This document shows, one piece after another, positions 31,263-41,909 of a DNA stretch of 64,000 nucleotides. The translations under genes were made by a program, and so were the position numbers. The stretch is taken from positions 1 through 64,000 of the forward strand of contig CAKKNE010000003.1 in the NCBI GenBank assembly GCA_918797485.1, given 5' to 3'. Origin of the DNA: Pelagomonas calceolata (lineage: Eukaryota). Position 1 is the first letter of the stretch. The number at the start of each line of letters is the position of its first letter. The notes below the pieces were generated by a model. That model worked only from the letters and a program-made list of their open reading frames with translations. It was not told where the DNA came from and did not search any database.

Positions 31263-31718
31263 GAAGACGGGGCCCGCCGCCGCCACGACCTCGAGCAGAA
31301 CGGTCGAACTCATTCAACGCTACGGCACAACCGTACCAGCCGGGCCCGCCGCCGGATTTCGCCGGCGCCGTCGACCGAGCTATCCACCGCGAAACACGCT
31401 CCAGCCGCCCGTGCGTTCATATAGTGCGATGCGCGGCGGCGGCTACATGCAGGGCGCGGCGCCGGCCGACGGGCGCTTCGCCGCCGAGTACAACAACCAG
31501 GGCGGCTTGTACGGCCTGGGGCCGCCGCCGCAGCAATACCCGCCTCCTCAGTATGGCGCGCCGCCGATGCCACCCGTGCCGCCGCAGAACTTCTATTGAT
31601 ACGCGACTAGCGGCGGCGTGACTCGTCGGCGCCGCCGACATTGTAAATCCTAATATGCCGCAGCACGCGTTTAGCGCGCGGCGCTTGCGCCGGCGCGAGA
31701 ATACAGGCCAGGGCTTCA

Positions 31719-33210
31719 TCAGGTGCTGCCAGGGTGCCCCTCCCCGGTGAAGACGGCGGCTTCGTCCGCGGGCCGATCAACTTCAAAGCGAGCGGCAATA
31801 TCATACGACGCCCACTCGCCGACGCCGCCGTCCTCGCGCAGCACGTCGAAGACGTACTTGCGCTCCCAGCCGCCCCTACCAGGGTTCACGCGCGCGCCGA
31901 CGATCTTCAGGTCCTCCACCGGCGCCCCGGTCCGAACCGAGTCCCGGAACTCCAACGTCTTGAGCGATTCGAGCGCTAGTTTCGGCCGCGTCAGCAACCG
32001 GCTCGCCCACGACTCCGGCCGCTCGTCCGTCGCGGCGCAGTGCAACGCGAGGTTAATAAGCATGAAGTAGTTCCGAGCGTGCGACTTCGCGAGCATCCAT
32101 GGCTCCATCGCTTGCGTTTTTGACAGGTGGTCCTCGCCAGACTGGTAGCGAACTTGAGCCCCATACCCGTTGGGGCCCGCCGTGAACTGAGTGGCCTTGC
32201 CGTAGGTAGCCCCAGTCCCGGTGGGGCCCGCCGTGGCCGACGCGGCTCCGAGATCGTGAGGAGGTCGCCCTTGCCTCGTAAAGCTAGTCCGGCGTTGACA
32301 AGCCTGCGGGACGTCGACCGGTGAGTTTGGTAACCGTGAGGTCGATCTGAAGGCGCCAATTCGACGCTGAGCCACGTACCGCAGGTGGCGCGGCGGCCTC
32401 CGGCGTCATTTTCCCGAGGTTCGAGACCCCCACCTCGAACTCCGTGCCGCCGTCAGCACGCAGCAGCCACCGCAGCCCGTGCTGCGGGTTCTCCTCGACG
32501 AGCCTCTCAATAACGGCCCGCTGGGCTATCGTGAGGCCGTAGGACGGCACGCGCGCGATCGGCATCTGCTGGATCAAATGGCTCTCCGCGGCCCCGAAGT
32601 ACGTCACTCCGCTCCACCACGCCACGCCCTCGGCCTTGTGCGTGAGTGGGCATTGTGTGACCTCTAAATCGAGCTGGTAGACCTCGGCGTCCTCGGCAAA
32701 GAAGGCGTCCATGACGGGTTCTATGCGGAAGGAGCCGGCGTAGTCCTCACTCACTACAATGCCCAGCTTCTTCTGGAAGAAGTAGAGCTGCGTCAGCTTC
32801 GGCACGCCCCGCCGGTTCCTCTGCAGGCTCCACGTCAGCCCGATCGTGCCGGAGCCGCCCTTTTTTCGCATGTCCGGGTCGTGCTCTTTGTAGGGCGCCA
32901 GCGCCGCGCGGGCGAGGTCTCGGACCTCGCGGATCTTCGGGACCGAGTCTAGTAGAGCCTCGGCCTCATCAACGTCCAGGACTTCCATCGACACGTCCCA
33001 GAGCTTCCCTTTGTCCGGTTTGATGACGACGCCGTCCTCGCCGCGGTTCCCGCTGAGGTTGACCTCATAGACATTCCCATAGAACTCGGGGAGGACGGTG
33101 CATGGAATCGGTTCCTGTTTCGCGACGGCATCGGAATACGTAGCGTTTGGTTTGCAAGCGTCGGTTACGTAGGAGAAGCGCGTGGCGGCGTCCGCGAAGG
33201 TCTCGGGCAC
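31719..33210 (-). CDS. Orphan protein with a 76-nt intron (32379-32304); start uncertain
   Basis: GTACGT donor and CCCGCAG acceptor join ORFs 32284-33210 and 31719-32375 in phase 0. Confidence 0.55.
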
Positions 33211-34171
33211 GTACCGCGTTAGGTGTTGTCGCGCCGTCGGCTCGCGTGGCGGCAGCTAGGCTGCTTTTCAGCCTCCCAAAGACTGGGCTCTATTGAGGGC
33301 CTGGCGGTGCCCTTTGAGCAAAGGTTTCGCGGCGCGCGGTGTCGCTGCAGTGAGAGCTAACGCGGAGTAGAACTTGAGAGGCGGTAGAGCGCTACGCGGA
33401 GTGCTAGCCTCCCTCAGTTCAAATGTGCTCCCAGAGCACACTAAAACAGGTTTCCAACCGCGAGTCCCAGCCTCAATAATAATATGTACAGAACAATCAA
33501 CATCACATCATACGAAAGATTACGAGCGCCGGCGCCGTCAAAGAATGATGGCGCGGCGACGCGGCGACGGGCCGCCGACTATCGCGCGGCCAACAAAGCG
33601 CGTCCCGACCGATCGTAATTCGCGGTGCGGTTCGTATCCAACGTAACGTATGTCCATTCGTCTCGCCGTCTGTCACCGCCCCAGTACGCGGCTCCCAGAA
33701 ACGCAGCTGGGGGTGCTGGGGATGGTGGGGCAGCAAATAAGTCACGTCGCCGCCGCGGGACGCGCCTGCTCTTGGGGCGTAACGCAGCAAGGGCGCCGGT
33801 GCGCCGGCGTGCTGCCATTCGGACAGTCACGCCGGGTGCGACGACGCCGTGGCTCACCCTCAGGTTTGAGAGCAGTTACTAGAGTGCTAGCATCTAGCAA
33901 CATGCGCCCAGGCGGGTATCTCAGAGGCCAGCAGAGTCACTCGAACACGCCTCTCGGGAGCAATTGCAAACTCCCGCGCAACGTAAATATTGTCATGCAA
34001 TCATTTCGCGCGCCGACGCGTAAAAGACACGACACCTTTGTTAGGCCCGCAGGTGGACGTGCGGCGGCGAATGCGCGTGAGGACGCGGGCGAACGCCGTC
34101 GCGGCGACTAAGCATGTGACTCGTTCATAAGGCGATGACATTTATAACTTGCGGTCGATTTTAAGTCTAGC

Positions 34172-34696
34172 CTAGAGGTCGTCGCCGTAGCCGCCGCTAC
34201 TAGTAGACTTCCGTTTCTTCGCCTTCTTCTTGGGCTTGGCGCTCTTGTCGTTCTTCTCGTTGAGCTTGCGGACCTGCTCGGCCGCCTTTTTGCGCGCGTG
34301 CTTCCGTCGCGCGCGCTTCAGTAGAGTCGCCTCGTCGACCTCCTCCTCCTCCTTGGCCTCCTCCTTGGCGGGCAGCGCCGCCGCGCAGGCCTCGGAGACG
34401 TCCGCCGGGTTCATCCACGACGTGAGGCACAGCAGGGCGTCGTCGGTGAAGGCGGACCCGCCACACGTACCGCCCGCGAACTCGGCGCTGCACGTCTCGT
34501 GCAACTTCATAAAATCCGCGCACTCGGCCGAGATCTCGACCTTCTCCTCGTGCTTCGACGGGTCGTTCAGGCAGACGCCCAGCGCTTTGCCGCCGTCGAA
34601 CGGGCAGGCCTTCATCGCCTCGGCGTCGCAGGGGTGCGCGCTGGCGACATGCAGCAGCGTTGCGACCAGCAGTGCGATTGTGCGCGGCTGCTGCAT
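34172..34696 (-). CDS. Secreted/ER Cys-rich protein (GLG1-repeat-like) ending in GDDL
   Basis: Signal peptide MQQPRTIALLVATLLHVASA, paired Cys helical repeats, basic tail and a DEL-like C-terminus. Confidence 0.75.
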   Translation of the reverse strand: MQQPRTIALLVATLLHVASAHPCDAEAMKACPFDGGKALGVCLNDPSKHEEKVEISAECADFMKLHETCSAEFAGGTCGGSAFTDDALLCLTSWMNPADVSEACAAALPAKEEAKEEEEVDEATLLKRARRKHARKKAAEQVRKLNEKNDKSAKPKKKAKKRKSTSSGGYGDDL

Positions 34697-34887
34697 GGGT
34701 GCGAGGGATGCGCGCAAGCGAGGAATGAGCGCAAGTAGGTGCAAAATGCAGCGTGTGCAATGCAGCAAGGTGTTTGCAGCAAAAATGCTAATGCAGCAAG
34801 CAACGCAGCGCGATGAGCTTTATGTATAGGCAATGAAGGCGTGCACAAACCGCACAGACGGCACCTATAGCTGCGGCAATACTGCAA

Positions 34888-37485
34888 ATGCAATCAAGCC
34901 AAAATCTCGCAAAAACCCGCAACAAATTGAAGGCCCCTTCCTCGGGGAATCTCCTCCGCGAAGGCCGCAGCCATCGCTGCGACGAGCGCTGCTGCCTCGA
35001 GGCTAGTGCATTTCAAGACGGGAGATTGGCAAGCGCTGAAGCAGTCGCTTTCGCTAAGCGCGGCCCAGCGCGGCCACCCCCGACGGAGGGCGTGGCGCCT
35101 GAGCCACCAACGAACCGCCCTGGGTCGCGAGCAAAAAGAAGCGCACCGAAAAGGGCGTGGGGCAGCCCGAGCACCCCCATAACAACCAAGCTCAAAGAAA
35201 CGAACCAAACACCCAAGCGAGCATGTGCACGAAGTTCCCCTGCCCGCTCTGCGTCGTCGGCCGCGGCCCGGGCCTCATCGCGCGGTGCGTCGCCATGTGG
35301 ACCACGCTCGTGCTGTGTGTCGCTCGCCGCGTACTATCGAAGCAAGTTAGCGCGGAGCCTCCGCCGCGCGCTGGGCCGCCGGCGCAAGACGCCCAGGATC
35401 GACGAGTCCTTCGAGAAGATGGACGGCAGCCTCTACAAGAAGTTCTGGGCGTCGCACCAGGTCGGCCACCTCGGCGCGCGCGACGTCGAGCCCTTCGACG
35501 TGGCGCGGCCGCGCGTCGTCTTGATCGTGCGGGGCAGTTCGGACGACCTGCCCAACCTCGACGGGGAGCTGGACGCCGTGCGCGCGTGCGCCCGCAAGGC
35601 GGCCGCGCGCGTCGTCGAGTGCGTGTCCCTGGAGACGCTCGGCGAGGCCCTCAAGCGGGCGACGTCGTGGCGGCGCGACGACTTCCCCTGCGGCGCGCGG
35701 CCGCGCGTCTGGCTCCACGTCGCCGGCCACGCCACCGAACTCCACTTGGAGGACCCGCAAAAGGCGATGGTGCCGACGGAAAAAGTGGTGTCGTTGGTCG
35801 CGACGTACCGCCGCAACATCGAGGCCGTCTTCTGCAACGGGTGCCGGAGCGCGGGGCTGGCCGCCGCGCTCGCGGAAGCCGGCGTCGCGGCCGTCGGCTG
35901 GCGCACGGACTGCTCGGACGCCGGGGCCGCGCTCTTCGCGGCGGCCTTCTACAAGCGCGCCTTCGACCAGGCGGACGCGGTCGCGGACCCGAACATCGCG
36001 CCCGCGGCCTCGGCCTTCCTCGGCGCGACGCAGGACGTCCTCGCGCCGCGCGCGGCGGCGTTCGTCGCGCAGGCGCCCCGGTCGCCCGCGTGCCCCACGC
36101 GCGGCGGCGGCGGGTCCGTGGACATTGAGATGGACGGATCCGGGCGGAAGGGCATGGACGGGTCGGGGCCCCTCTCGCCCAAGAACACGGACCGGGCGGT
36201 GCCCGTGCTCGCGGTGCCCAAGGCGACGATGGCGCTGGATCGCTCGGCGCGGTCGGCGCGCTTCGCGCCCGAGATCGGCGACGTCGAGATGGACGGCTCG
36301 CGGCGCGCTGTGGGCGCGCGGCGCGACGGCGAGATGGACGGCGGTCGCGGCGCCGACTCCGAGAACGTGGTGCGAGCGGTGCCGGTCCTCGCCGTGCCCA
36401 AGGCAACCATGGCGTTGGATCGGTCGACGCAGATGGACGGGTCGCGGCGCAGCGTGGGCTCGCGGCGCTCGGGCATGGACTCGTCGGCCGCGTCGCAGCG
36501 CACGTCGCTCGACGGTTCGGTCTACGACCTGCCGTGTTCCCTGTCCATCGTCGACGATGCCGACCAGGTCCTGCCGCCCGAGAAGCAAAGCAAGCGGCCG
36601 AAGCTCGGGCTCCAGCGCGCGACGGCGCCGCGCTACGCCCTGAAGGACCCGGCCTGCGCGTCGGTGGACCCGGCGACGGGCCGCGAGGTCATCACGACGA
36701 CGCGGAACGCTGTCTTCGTCGAGGCCGCGGACCCGACGGACGACGCTTTAGATTTCCTCAGCGGCCTCTTGGAGCGCGACGCGGCGCCCGCGCCGCCGCC
36801 GCGCCGCCAGCAGGTCGCGCCCGATTCCACGCCCGTGCTCCGGTCCACTGGCAGCGGCTACGAGGTGGTCGCCGAGGGCCGCGTCTTCGGCGGGCCCGTG
36901 GCGCTCGGCGTGCCCCAGCTCTTCGACGGCGCGCGGGCGGCGCGCGCGCACGCGGCTGCCGCCGCCGCCGAGACGCCGCTCGACCGGGCCACATTGCAGG
37001 GCCTGGGCCCCAAGAAGGTGGCTCGGTTAGCAGCCATCGGCATCCGCACGGTGGACCAGCTCGCGCGCGTCGACGTCGACGACCGGGCCCTCGTCGAGGC
37101 GGCGACGCACAATCGCCGCTTTGATAGGGCCGTCGCGACTCTGTCCAAATGGCGCCGCGAAGCTGCAACCTTCCTGCGCCGCAAAGCCTTGGGCGAGGTC
37201 GTGCCTCGCAAAGGGCGCGGCTCGAAGCGCCGCGCCGCGGCGCCGCCCGCGGCGCCGCCGGTGGTGTCTTCCGACTCCACGGTGAATTCGTCTGAGGGCG
37301 ACGACGACAGGTCTTGCGCGACCAAAGGTCCGCGCGAGGAGTCGTCGTCGTCGTCCTCGCCCTCACACGTGCCAGGCACGCTGGAGGCGCCCGGTCCTGC
37401 CACAGCTCGAGGGCCGTCCCCGTCTCCTGAGGTACTCGCAGACACCCAAGAAAATCCCGTCTCCCGAGACCCGAGCCCCGTGTAA
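34888..37485 (+). CDS. CHAT (caspase-HetF)-like domain protein with C-terminal helix-hairpin-helix-like domain; true start probably downstream
   Basis: LPNLDGELDAV, WLHVAGHA and VFCNGCRS (His/Cys dyad pattern), AALFAAAFY, then LQGLGPKKVARLAAIGIRTVDQLA. Confidence 0.7.
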   Translation: MQSSQNLAKTRNKLKAPSSGNLLREGRSHRCDERCCLEASAFQDGRLASAEAVAFAKRGPARPPPTEGVAPEPPTNRPGSRAKRSAPKRAWGSPSTPITTKLKETNQTPKRACARSSPARSASSAAARASSRGASPCGPRSCCVSLAAYYRSKLARSLRRALGRRRKTPRIDESFEKMDGSLYKKFWASHQVGHLGARDVEPFDVARPRVVLIVRGSSDDLPNLDGELDAVRACARKAAARVVECVSLETLGEALKRATSWRRDDFPCGARPRVWLHVAGHATELHLEDPQKAMVPTEKVVSLVATYRRNIEAVFCNGCRSAGLAAALAEAGVAAVGWRTDCSDAGAALFAAAFYKRAFDQADAVADPNIAPAASAFLGATQDVLAPRAAAFVAQAPRSPACPTRGGGGSVDIEMDGSGRKGMDGSGPLSPKNTDRAVPVLAVPKATMALDRSARSARFAPEIGDVEMDGSRRAVGARRDGEMDGGRGADSENVVRAVPVLAVPKATMALDRSTQMDGSRRSVGSRRSGMDSSAASQRTSLDGSVYDLPCSLSIVDDADQVLPPEKQSKRPKLGLQRATAPRYALKDPACASVDPATGREVITTTRNAVFVEAADPTDDALDFLSGLLERDAAPAPPPRRQQVAPDSTPVLRSTGSGYEVVAEGRVFGGPVALGVPQLFDGARAARAHAAAAAAETPLDRATLQGLGPKKVARLAAIGIRTVDQLARVDVDDRALVEAATHNRRFDRAVATLSKWRREAATFLRRKALGEVVPRKGRGSKRRAAAPPAAPPVVSSDSTVNSSEGDDDRSCATKGPREESSSSSSPSHVPGTLEAPGPATARGPSPSPEVLADTQENPVSRDPSPV

Positions 37486-37486
37486 A

Positions 37487-38359
37487 TTAAATAAACAAAT
37501 CAGTACTAATTTCTCCCCGCCTGCGCCTGCAACAACCCGTCGCGAAAAGCACCACCAATGGGACTTCTTTCTTGGGAGAAGACTGCGCTGTACCGCGCTG
37601 AGTTCCCACATAACCAGTCGCGTAAAAGTACTGCGTCAGGAGAAGTAGATCGATCACATCCTTTGGTGTCGACCCTTTGACATTACCAGAGAACTGCGAT
37701 ATCGAATCCCGCAGGCCATCGACGATCGCTTTTCGTTGGCGCGCTACGCCGACACCAGATAGATATTTGCTTTCAGCTTGGGCCTCTGCGGATTTCACCA
37801 GCAATATTTTCTCGCCCTCCGCTTTTTCGAAAGCAGCTTCCTTGAGGCGCTTCGAGGCATTAATTTCGTTCATGGCAGCCTTGACCCGACCGTCGGGCGA
37901 AATATCAGTTACCAGGGCATTGTGTATGACGAATCCGTACTCGCTCATAACACCTGATAATTCCCTCTTAACGGATTGGGCCACCATTTCCTTCGATTCA
38001 AACGCTTTATCGAGCGTCAACAAGGGCAAGGTCGACCGCACTACATCATACACATAGCTCTTGATCTGCTCCGATGGATCATTGAGCACGTAGAACGCCT
38101 CATATACATATTCTTCTTTGACTTTGTACTGTACGGATATGATCACGTTTAGAAATACGTTATCACTTGTCTTTGTTTCGCAGGCTACGTCCAACTGCTG
38201 GATCCGTCGGCTAATGCGTCCCGCTACTGTCTCTAGCGGCCAACAGACACATCGCAATCCGGGCGGCGCCAGCCGTTCATATCTGCCGCAGCGTTCGATA
38301 ATGCCTATCTCCGACGTCGTCACGCACTGAAAACACAAGCAACCTTGGCATTCCGCCAT
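37487..38359 (-). CDS. SPFH/band-7 protein, hypersensitive-induced-response (HIR) type; low GC, aberrant C-terminus
   Basis: CETKTSDNVF, YVYDVVRS, VKAAMNEINASKRL, SKYLSGVGVARQRKAIVDGL. Family resemblance stops after LLLTQYF. Confidence 0.85.
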   Translation of the reverse strand: MAECQGCLCFQCVTTSEIGIIERCGRYERLAPPGLRCVCWPLETVAGRISRRIQQLDVACETKTSDNVFLNVIISVQYKVKEEYVYEAFYVLNDPSEQIKSYVYDVVRSTLPLLTLDKAFESKEMVAQSVKRELSGVMSEYGFVIHNALVTDISPDGRVKAAMNEINASKRLKEAAFEKAEGEKILLVKSAEAQAESKYLSGVGVARQRKAIVDGLRDSISQFSGNVKGSTPKDVIDLLLLTQYFYATGYVGTQRGTAQSSPKKEVPLVVLFATGCCRRRRGEISTDLFI

Positions 38360-40002
38360 TGTCGTCGGTGCGCCGGGCGTTCGTGTGTCTACCTCCCGAG
38401 CAGCTAGCTGGGCACTACCAGGGGGAGCCCGGTAAATTAGATGATCTAGATTCCTCTTCTCCGCAGCACAGCGATTGATGAGACGATTACAGTACGATCG
38501 CAGGAGACAAAGTACTGTGCCAAAAAGCCTGCAAGCAAAGCTAGCGTAAACAACATACTAGCAAATTCAAAGATACGCCTCGATAGCGTCAAAAGAATGA
38601 CCCAAATTTAGAATACATCCTAGTCGTTCGCCGAGACCAAATATTCCAGAGTAGCCGCCCGGGAACATACCCTCGCGCCTCCCGGAAGGCGCCGCCCGCG
38701 ACATTCACAGATGAGTCTTACGAGTTGCCAAAGTAGACCAGCGATTGACGCCGCCATCTACCGTCCAAACGGGACATTATATCAACTCCAGCCCAGTTTT
38801 CATACATAATCGACGGAACCGGAGCCGACGGCCCGCGCTCGGAGGGCGGGAGAAGAATTCTACTAGATAACTCTCGCGTTTATGTTCGTTTCCTTCCGTT
38901 TGTTAGTGGTAGAGTCCGTCTAGGCCGCCTCAGCGACAGTGAGCATGATCATGTACTCCGTTAAAGCCGCGCGATTCGTCGTCTTCGCGACCCCACGTTT
39001 TTACAATAACAGGCGCAGATCCTAGACCTGCGAGTATCAGCGACGACACTATCCAGATGGACCATAACGCCGTTGTTCTATTTACGATCGACCGACTTGC
39101 CCGTTCTCCGCGGACGACGGTGCGGAGACGGAGCACCAAAAAGGCCCCAGACCGGTGGTTTGTAAAATAAATTTGCATTTCAGGCACTTTAGTAGTGGGA
39201 CGGGCCAGATGACCGGCCTGGACGTGTACCACATTGCTCGAAACCCCACGATGCTCCGCGCGGCTCGGCCATCCCGAGAGCCCACTATCTGGTTCATTTG
39301 GCTCGAGGCCTGGACCTGCGACCATCAGCCCGTCTACCTTGACCATGGACCATAATGCGATCATTTGTTTCATGACCGACGGACTTACGCGAGCTCCAGA
39401 TAAAGATGTTCACGTCCCGAGCGTGGGCAGCAAAAAGTACCCTTCTCGTGGTGTAGATGCCATATACTTGTAGTTGACTATCGGTGGGGTAGTATGGGGT
39501 CCGACGAGACCGCCACGGCGACTACTGGGGGCCCTCGGGTAATTGACGTTTTTGACGGGAACGGGGCGCCATCGGGCCCAAATTGTTTACTTTTTTCGGA
39601 TGTGTGTCGGCTCGCGGACGCCCTCTGGGATAGGTATCGGGTCGGGTAGTCGCCTACGCCGCATGCGCGAGAGCTTGGAGCTCTCCGGGGAGCTCTGGAT
39701 CCAAAACTTTGGGGATCATGGGAAATAGAGGTATAGCGCCGGGAGATGTATGTTAATTTGGAAGCGGCGGCGTAGGCGGCGTAGGCGATTGCACATGTCT
39801 AGTACCGACCCAAAACGACTTCCGGAAGGCTTCTGGGCCGCCAATCGACAGGATTCCACCGACGCGCCCGCCTTGGTGGCGTCGTCAATAGCGCGAATTA
39901 AAAAAATTAATTTTTTCGCCCCCCAGTAAGTGTCCCATTGATCTCTTTGGACCCGTAGCGAACCGAACGATACTCAAACGGCTGCATGTCGCGTTTGTGC
40001 AT

Positions 40003-40026
40003 CCTAGTGTCTTACAGCCCGCTAGC
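40003..40026 (-). promoter_or_regulatory. Conserved intergenic motif, copy 4
   Basis: Reverse complement reads GCTAGCGGGCTGTAAGACACTAGG, about 130 bp upstream of the DnaJ ATG. Confidence 0.6.
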
Positions 40027-40103
40027 AGCGCATTTCGCGCAGCCCCAAAAAAGCTGCCAATTAGGCCACACGAATGGCCGCATGGCTGCCCCACGCTCTC
40101 GTA

Positions 40104-40155
40104 TGATGCCCTCAACCCATCCGTAGCACTGATGCTCTCAACCCATCCGTAGCAC
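40104..40155 (+). repeat. 26-bp tandem duplication immediately before the DnaJ start
   Basis: TGATGC(C/T)CTCAACCCATCCGTAGCAC twice, one mismatch. Confidence 0.85.
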
Positions 40156-40156
40156 C

Positions 40157-41524
40157 ATGCGGCTGCTGCTGGGCCGTAGCATCATGCTGTGCGGCCTCGT
40201 CCTCCTGGCAGGCGCGGCCACTACTGACCTCTATGAGGTCCTCGGCGTGCCGCGCGACGCCACGACGGCGGAGATCAAGAAGGCCTACCGCTCAATGGCC
40301 GCTGAAATCCATCCGGACAAGCTGCCGCCGGACACGTCGGACGCCGCGCGCGAGCGGGCGACGGCGGCGTTCGTCGAGCTCGCCCTCGCGCACGAGGTGC
40401 TCACGGACCCGGTGCGGCGCCAAACGTACGACGACACGGGCATGAGCGAGGAGGGCGACGAGGCGCGCGAGGCGCGGGAGCGGCGCGAGGCCGAGCGCGG
40501 GCCGCCGAAGATCACGGAGACGCCCCTCGGCGTCGACGCGCGGTTTAGGAGAGGCGCCTTCCGCTTCAGGTACTCCGGCAGCGGCGTGCGGCCCGTCGAG
40601 GCGACGCGCGTGCCCGTGGTCGTGACGCTGGCCGAGCTCCTCACGGGCGTCAACCGCACGCTGACGCTCGCGCGGCGCCAGAAATGTGAAACTTGCGCGG
40701 GCACGGGGGCCGCGGAATCTGAGTCGAGGGAGACCTGCGGCCTCTGCGAGGGCACGGGCGCGGCGGCGCACGTCTCCGCGGGGCTAAACTGGAGAAACTC
40801 CAGACGCTTCTTCCGCCAGGCGGTGACGACGCGCTGCGGCGCCTGCGGCGGCACTGGATATAATCGGGGCGCGGCGTGCGGGGCCTGCGACGGCGCGGGC
40901 TACGTCGACGTCCGAAGGGAAGTCAGGGTCGAAATACCACCAGGTGCGCCGGACGGCCACGAGATCACCTTCAAGGGCCTGGGGGATGAGCACCCGCAGC
41001 GCGCGACGGGCGACCTGATCCTGGTCGTGACGGTCGCGCAGCACCCCGTGTTCTCTAGATCAGAAGCGGCGCCGGAGAATTTGTACTGCAACGCGTCCGT
41101 CGGGTTGTTGGACGCGTTGCTGGGCTTCGACCGGAAACTAACGGGCTTAAGTGGAGAGCGGCTCCTCGTGGAGCACCGGCGCGTCGCCTTCAGCTCCTTC
41201 ACGCTGTCCCTAAGAGACGAGGGCCTGCCCGTCTTCGGGAACGCGACACAACGCGGCCAGGTGACGGTCTTTATTAGAGTCGACTTCCCGAAGACGCTGA
41301 CGGCGCTGCAGGCGGACGTGTTGCGGCGCGTCGGATTGAGGGACGAGGAGCTCCGGTTCATCTTCCTCCTCCAGGCGCTCTACGCGTACCAGTACGCGCA
41401 GACCGTCGCGCCGGACTCGGACGAGGTCGTCTTCGCGAAGCGGTGCGTCGTCGGCGCCGAGGCGGCCTGCGTGCCGGACCCGCTCTACGCGACGTGGTGG
41501 CGGAGCACGGTCGGTGTGAGTTAA
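40157..41524 (+). CDS. Type I DnaJ/Hsp40 with signal peptide (ER Scj1/ERdj3-like)
   Basis: J domain with HPD, four CxxCxGxG motifs and a DnaJ C-terminal domain. Confidence 0.92.
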   Translation: MRLLLGRSIMLCGLVLLAGAATTDLYEVLGVPRDATTAEIKKAYRSMAAEIHPDKLPPDTSDAARERATAAFVELALAHEVLTDPVRRQTYDDTGMSEEGDEAREARERREAERGPPKITETPLGVDARFRRGAFRFRYSGSGVRPVEATRVPVVVTLAELLTGVNRTLTLARRQKCETCAGTGAAESESRETCGLCEGTGAAAHVSAGLNWRNSRRFFRQAVTTRCGACGGTGYNRGAACGACDGAGYVDVRREVRVEIPPGAPDGHEITFKGLGDEHPQRATGDLILVVTVAQHPVFSRSEAAPENLYCNASVGLLDALLGFDRKLTGLSGERLLVEHRRVAFSSFTLSLRDEGLPVFGNATQRGQVTVFIRVDFPKTLTALQADVLRRVGLRDEELRFIFLLQALYAYQYAQTVAPDSDEVVFAKRCVVGAEAACVPDPLYATWWRSTVGVS

Positions 41525-41909
41525 GTGTTTGTTGTTGTACCTCGTGCCGCGCGCGCGCGGGAGATTGCCGCGGGCCAGACACCGGCGCATCATGCTAGAC
41601 ACTGGGTATCACTCGGAACCCTGGGGATCATGCTCGAGACACCTGAGCTTCACGCGGTCACGCCCCGCCATCGGACACCAGTTTTTGTGCGTTGTTGTTT
41701 GGCAGTGGCACACGCTTCCAGCCGCACGCAGCCCGCAGCAAAGCGGGCCCGCAGCGAGAACCCAGGTGCCGCCTGCGGCCTCGCACGCGCGCACGCGGCT
41801 GCCCGCGGCGGCGCCGACGCGAAGCACCGCCTTCGACTTCATTACAGACTGCTCCGCCGCCGACGCGCGCGGCTTGAGGACGCGCCCGCGTCGCGCCGAG
41901 GGAGCAATT

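Noticed and set aside
31262..31599. Pro/Gln/Tyr-rich ORF tail after the GMC gene
   Set aside because: It could be a frameshifted extension or a tiny gene, but there is no independent support.
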